DNA of 64,000 bases, taken from an uncultured virus (IMG/VR IMGVR_UViG_3300048813_000256). Taxonomy: Duplodnaviria > Heunggongvirae > Uroviricota > Caudoviricetes. Made by a program: the position numbers and the translations under genes. Under the pieces are notes generated by a model. It saw only the letters and a program-made list of their open reading frames with translations. It was not told the origin of the DNA and ran no database searches. Each line of letters opens with the position of its first letter. Position 1 is the first letter of the stretch. The DNA is taken from IMG/VR virus record IMGVR_UViG_3300048813_000256; one strand, 5' to 3'. Shown here in pieces: positions 61,285 to 64,000 of the stretch.

Positions 61285-61911
61285 ATGACAGCTCCTGCAC
61301 ATTACGTGGAATTTGGCGGCGGTCGCGGCGGAAAGAGCGCGGGCGGCGCTCTCGGAACCGTGCTCTCGCTGGCTCCTCTGGGAAGCGACGACTACGCCCA
61401 CTTCCAGTTGACCAAACTGGAACGGCGCGATCACCGGCAGCCGGACGATGTGACCTGTCTCGACAGCCCGCACACGGCCATGTTGCTGCGGGCCAGCCAG
61501 CCGCGGTACAGAATCGAAGGATTGCTGAACGGTCCGCGCGCCTGGGCGCTGGCGCATTGCATCGACCTGGACTTGCCTTGCAGCTACAAGATCACGATGC
61601 TGGACGGCGTGGCGTTGACTGGAACCTGTTACGTGACGCGGGCCAGCGTCGATCCCCGCTCTGGCACCTTCGACCTTGAATTGCTGGTCACGAAGGAAGT
61701 GCTGCCCATCACCGAAGTAAGCCGGCTGTCGATCGATGGGAAGGAAATTCCCAAGGGCAGCTTTGCCGTGATTCATCCACGCCGGCGGCTGCTGCCCGCT
61801 GCCCCTCAGCCCGCGATTGCTACGGTCGAGGATCTTCCGACTGTGGAGGATTTTGGTACGGTCGAGGATCTTCCGACTGCGGCCGATTTTGCTCTGAGCT
61901 TTGAAGCGTAG
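61285..61911 (+). CDS. Tail-tube-like mosaic protein
   Basis: HYVEFGGGRGGKS; ALGTVLSL, DDVTCLDSP, YKITMLDG...YVT; C-terminal TVEDLP repeats. Confidence 0.55.
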   Translation: MTAPAHYVEFGGGRGGKSAGGALGTVLSLAPLGSDDYAHFQLTKLERRDHRQPDDVTCLDSPHTAMLLRASQPRYRIEGLLNGPRAWALAHCIDLDLPCSYKITMLDGVALTGTCYVTRASVDPRSGTFDLELLVTKEVLPITEVSRLSIDGKEIPKGSFAVIHPRRRLLPAAPQPAIATVEDLPTVEDFGTVEDLPTAADFALSFEA

Positions 61912-63317
61912 GCATTTCCAGTCCGTGTTTCTGCGCGAAGCTTTCGGCGTGACGCCGGCATGCGGCCCGCGCCATGCGTCTGACGATCTTGCTGGGACCG
62001 CCTCCTCGCTTCCACAGGTACTCGAACGAAGTGAGGTATTCGGCGTTCGCTTCGCAATTCTTCGACGGGCAACCCTGCGGGGGACGGTCCTGCGGCCACG
62101 CTTCGATGGTGTAGCTCTCCGCCATTTCAGGCTCTCGCCTTCCGTCGTTTGCGCTTCCGCGCGTCGTACTCGCAGCGCGGGCAGCCAACGGTTGGCAGCT
62201 TGCCGAAGGACGCACCGTCGCGCACTGCGTTGCATTCCGGGGAATGCTTCGGCGGACGCCCGCCCAGGAGCCCATTGCGGGCGCTGGCCGGCTTGGGGAC
62301 TCCGGCGCCGCGCGCGCCTACGCACGCGGGACAGACCAGCTTGACGTGTTCGTGACCTGGGACGGTACAGGTCGGCGCGCGTCTTCGTTTCGTTGCAGGC
62401 ATGATCTCCGATCCTATCACTACCATGCCGGCAGCGCCGCGATTTCGCGGTCGGTGCGGGCAATGATTTTGGCGCATCGTTCCTGATTCGGTTTGGTGGT
62501 GGGCGGGCTGCTCAGGCAAAGGGAATAGAGTGCGGCGTCGGTGTCCCCGTGCAGGTGGCGGACGATTTCGATGTGGTGGTAGACAATCTCGGCTTCGTCG
62601 GCGGCAAGCTTCCGCGCGGCCCAGACCGGCATGTCTTCGGCCTTGGGTTGGGGCGCGGTCGCGCAGCCAGCCGTGGTTAGCACGGCCAGCAGCGCGATTG
62701 AGGCGGTTATCCGGCGATTCATCAGTTCCTCCCGGTGCCGGCGATCAGCTCGCCGTGCTGGTTGTACATCTCCCGCTCGTCCATGCGTCCGTTCAAGAAC
62801 GTGGTGACGATGACGGCGGCAGCTCCCGGTTCTTCGCTGGGAAAAGTCAGCACGCGGACCATGACGTCGACCTGGTTGTAGGCTTCCATCAGCGGCCGCC
62901 TTTCAGGCTGGGATTCTCCGCGCACACGGCGCGATCGAATCGAGCGTTGCCAACGGCGTTGCGGGTGCGCTCCTCAGTCTGGCCGGCGAGCTCGGGCTGC
63001 TGCATCGCGCCTTTGGCGATGCGGGCGGCTTGGCGGGTCATGGCGTCGGCGTCTCCGTCGTCGCACAGCGCGGCGATCTGGCGCAGGGCGGCGTCGATGG
63101 CTCCGCGCTCCGAGAGTCCGGCGATCATCTTGCGGTAATCGCTGATGCTGATTTCTACGGTGCCTTCGTTGTCAATGAGGCGCTGAATCGCCTTCTCGTC
63201 GGCGGCGATGGCGCGGGCTAGGGTTGGGGCGTTGCGTCGGCGCTGGATGGCGCGGGCGCTGGGCGCTGGGTTGGTTCGCTTGGTTGCTTTCATCGGTGCG
63301 TGTGGCTCCCTTCGGTT

Positions 63318-63373
63318 TTTAGCTGCTCAGGATCGCGCCAACCTTGCGGCGGGCGCGATGCTCAGAAGCTAGG
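63318..63373. repeat. 56-bp intergenic hairpin repeat, copy 1
   Basis: Identical to 63682-63737. Confidence 0.9.
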
Positions 63374-63681
63374 CATTCATGTGTTGCACGCTGCGGGCCT
63401 TAATGCGGTCATCGGCGGCGGTGCGCTGCTTTTCCGCCCGCTCTTTGGTTCTGGCCTTTGCCACGCGGGTTTGAATTTCCTCATACAAGGCCGGCCACTG
63501 GCTGCGAATGTGGGCGCGGGTGGCTTTGTCTTTGCCGCCCCAATACTCCACGGGGTCGTCGTCGAAGTCGTCGCGGTCGAACGTGTCCCATTGTTGATTG
63601 GCGCGGGCGGTCACTTCCTGCACGCATCCGCCTTCCACGATTACGAGAATGGTCTGCATCGGTTCCTCTTTCGGTTTTGGA

Positions 63682-63737
63682 TTTAGCTGCTCAGGATCGC
63701 GCCAACCTTGCGGCGGGCGCGATGCTCAGAAGCTAGG
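63682..63737. repeat. 56-bp intergenic hairpin repeat, copy 2
   Basis: tttagctgctcaggatcgcgccaaccttgcggcgggcgcgatgctcagaagctagg. Confidence 0.9.
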
Positions 63738-64000
63738 ACTAAGCCCGCTGCTGCACGTCGTCTAAGAACGCTCCCACGGAGTTGCGGAGTTGGCAGATGC
63801 GGGTGTAGTCGTCCTGGGTAAATCCCTTGCCCTCCTCTCCGTGGATCATTCCGGCTGCGCTGGTCAGTGCGCTCTCGGCGGTTTGCAGGTTGCGGGTGAT
63901 ATAGTCCCGCGTCGATGTGGGTGCGCTCATCGACCGCCCCGCGGTTTCCGCTCGTATAGAAAATGCTCGTTGGCCCGCATGTCCTGATGCTCGAATCCGA

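Larger units (their letters stand above)
61820..63930 (-). other. Leftward run of small early-type ORFs, including a lipoprotein (62420-62722)
   Basis: Coupled ORFs; LTTAGC lipobox. Confidence 0.55.

Noticed and set aside
61821..61880. 18-bp DNA repeat as a regulatory element
   Set aside because: In-frame coding repeat (TVEDLP/TVEDFG) at a protein C-terminus.
63318..63737. CRISPR array or integron attC sites
   Set aside because: Only two 56-bp copies separated by a gene; no cas genes; no clear RYYYAAC/GTTRRRY boxes.

Overview
GC-rich segment of a large temperate tailed phage, probably infecting an Acidobacterium (inferred from a WKEIAAFLN..TAQRWE..EGLPVH HTH protein and heptamer intergenic repeats). 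In order: tail-tip and lysis genes (1-8.4 kb); small accessory ORFs with HU, three His-Me nucleases and a tyrosine recombinase (8.7-16.7 kb); many small ORFs including RtcB (16.7-23.8 kb); an array of 27 tRNA genes grouped by amino acid (23.9-27.0 kb); radical SAM, Fis-like and histone-H1-like genes; two IS1595 elements with intact TIRs and 8-bp TSDs; a leftward replication block (initiator with iterons, DUF5131, acyl carrier protein, SNF2 helicase); xis/int with an attP-like site whose core is a tRNA-Lys 5' half; a coiled-coil gene followed by a ~380-nt structured RNA with two tRNA-like modules; and a near-exact copy of bases 1-947 at 60185. Top observation: tRNA sub-blocks are preceded by short leader ORFs whose codons match the tRNAs that follow. 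The clearest case has a promoter, a leaderless peptide, an antiterminator and a terminator, i.e. an apparent ribosome-stalling attenuator that senses tRNA shortage. Also notable are mini-proteins stitched from signature motifs of terminase, portal, capsid and tail proteins. All calls were made by eye, without database searches.
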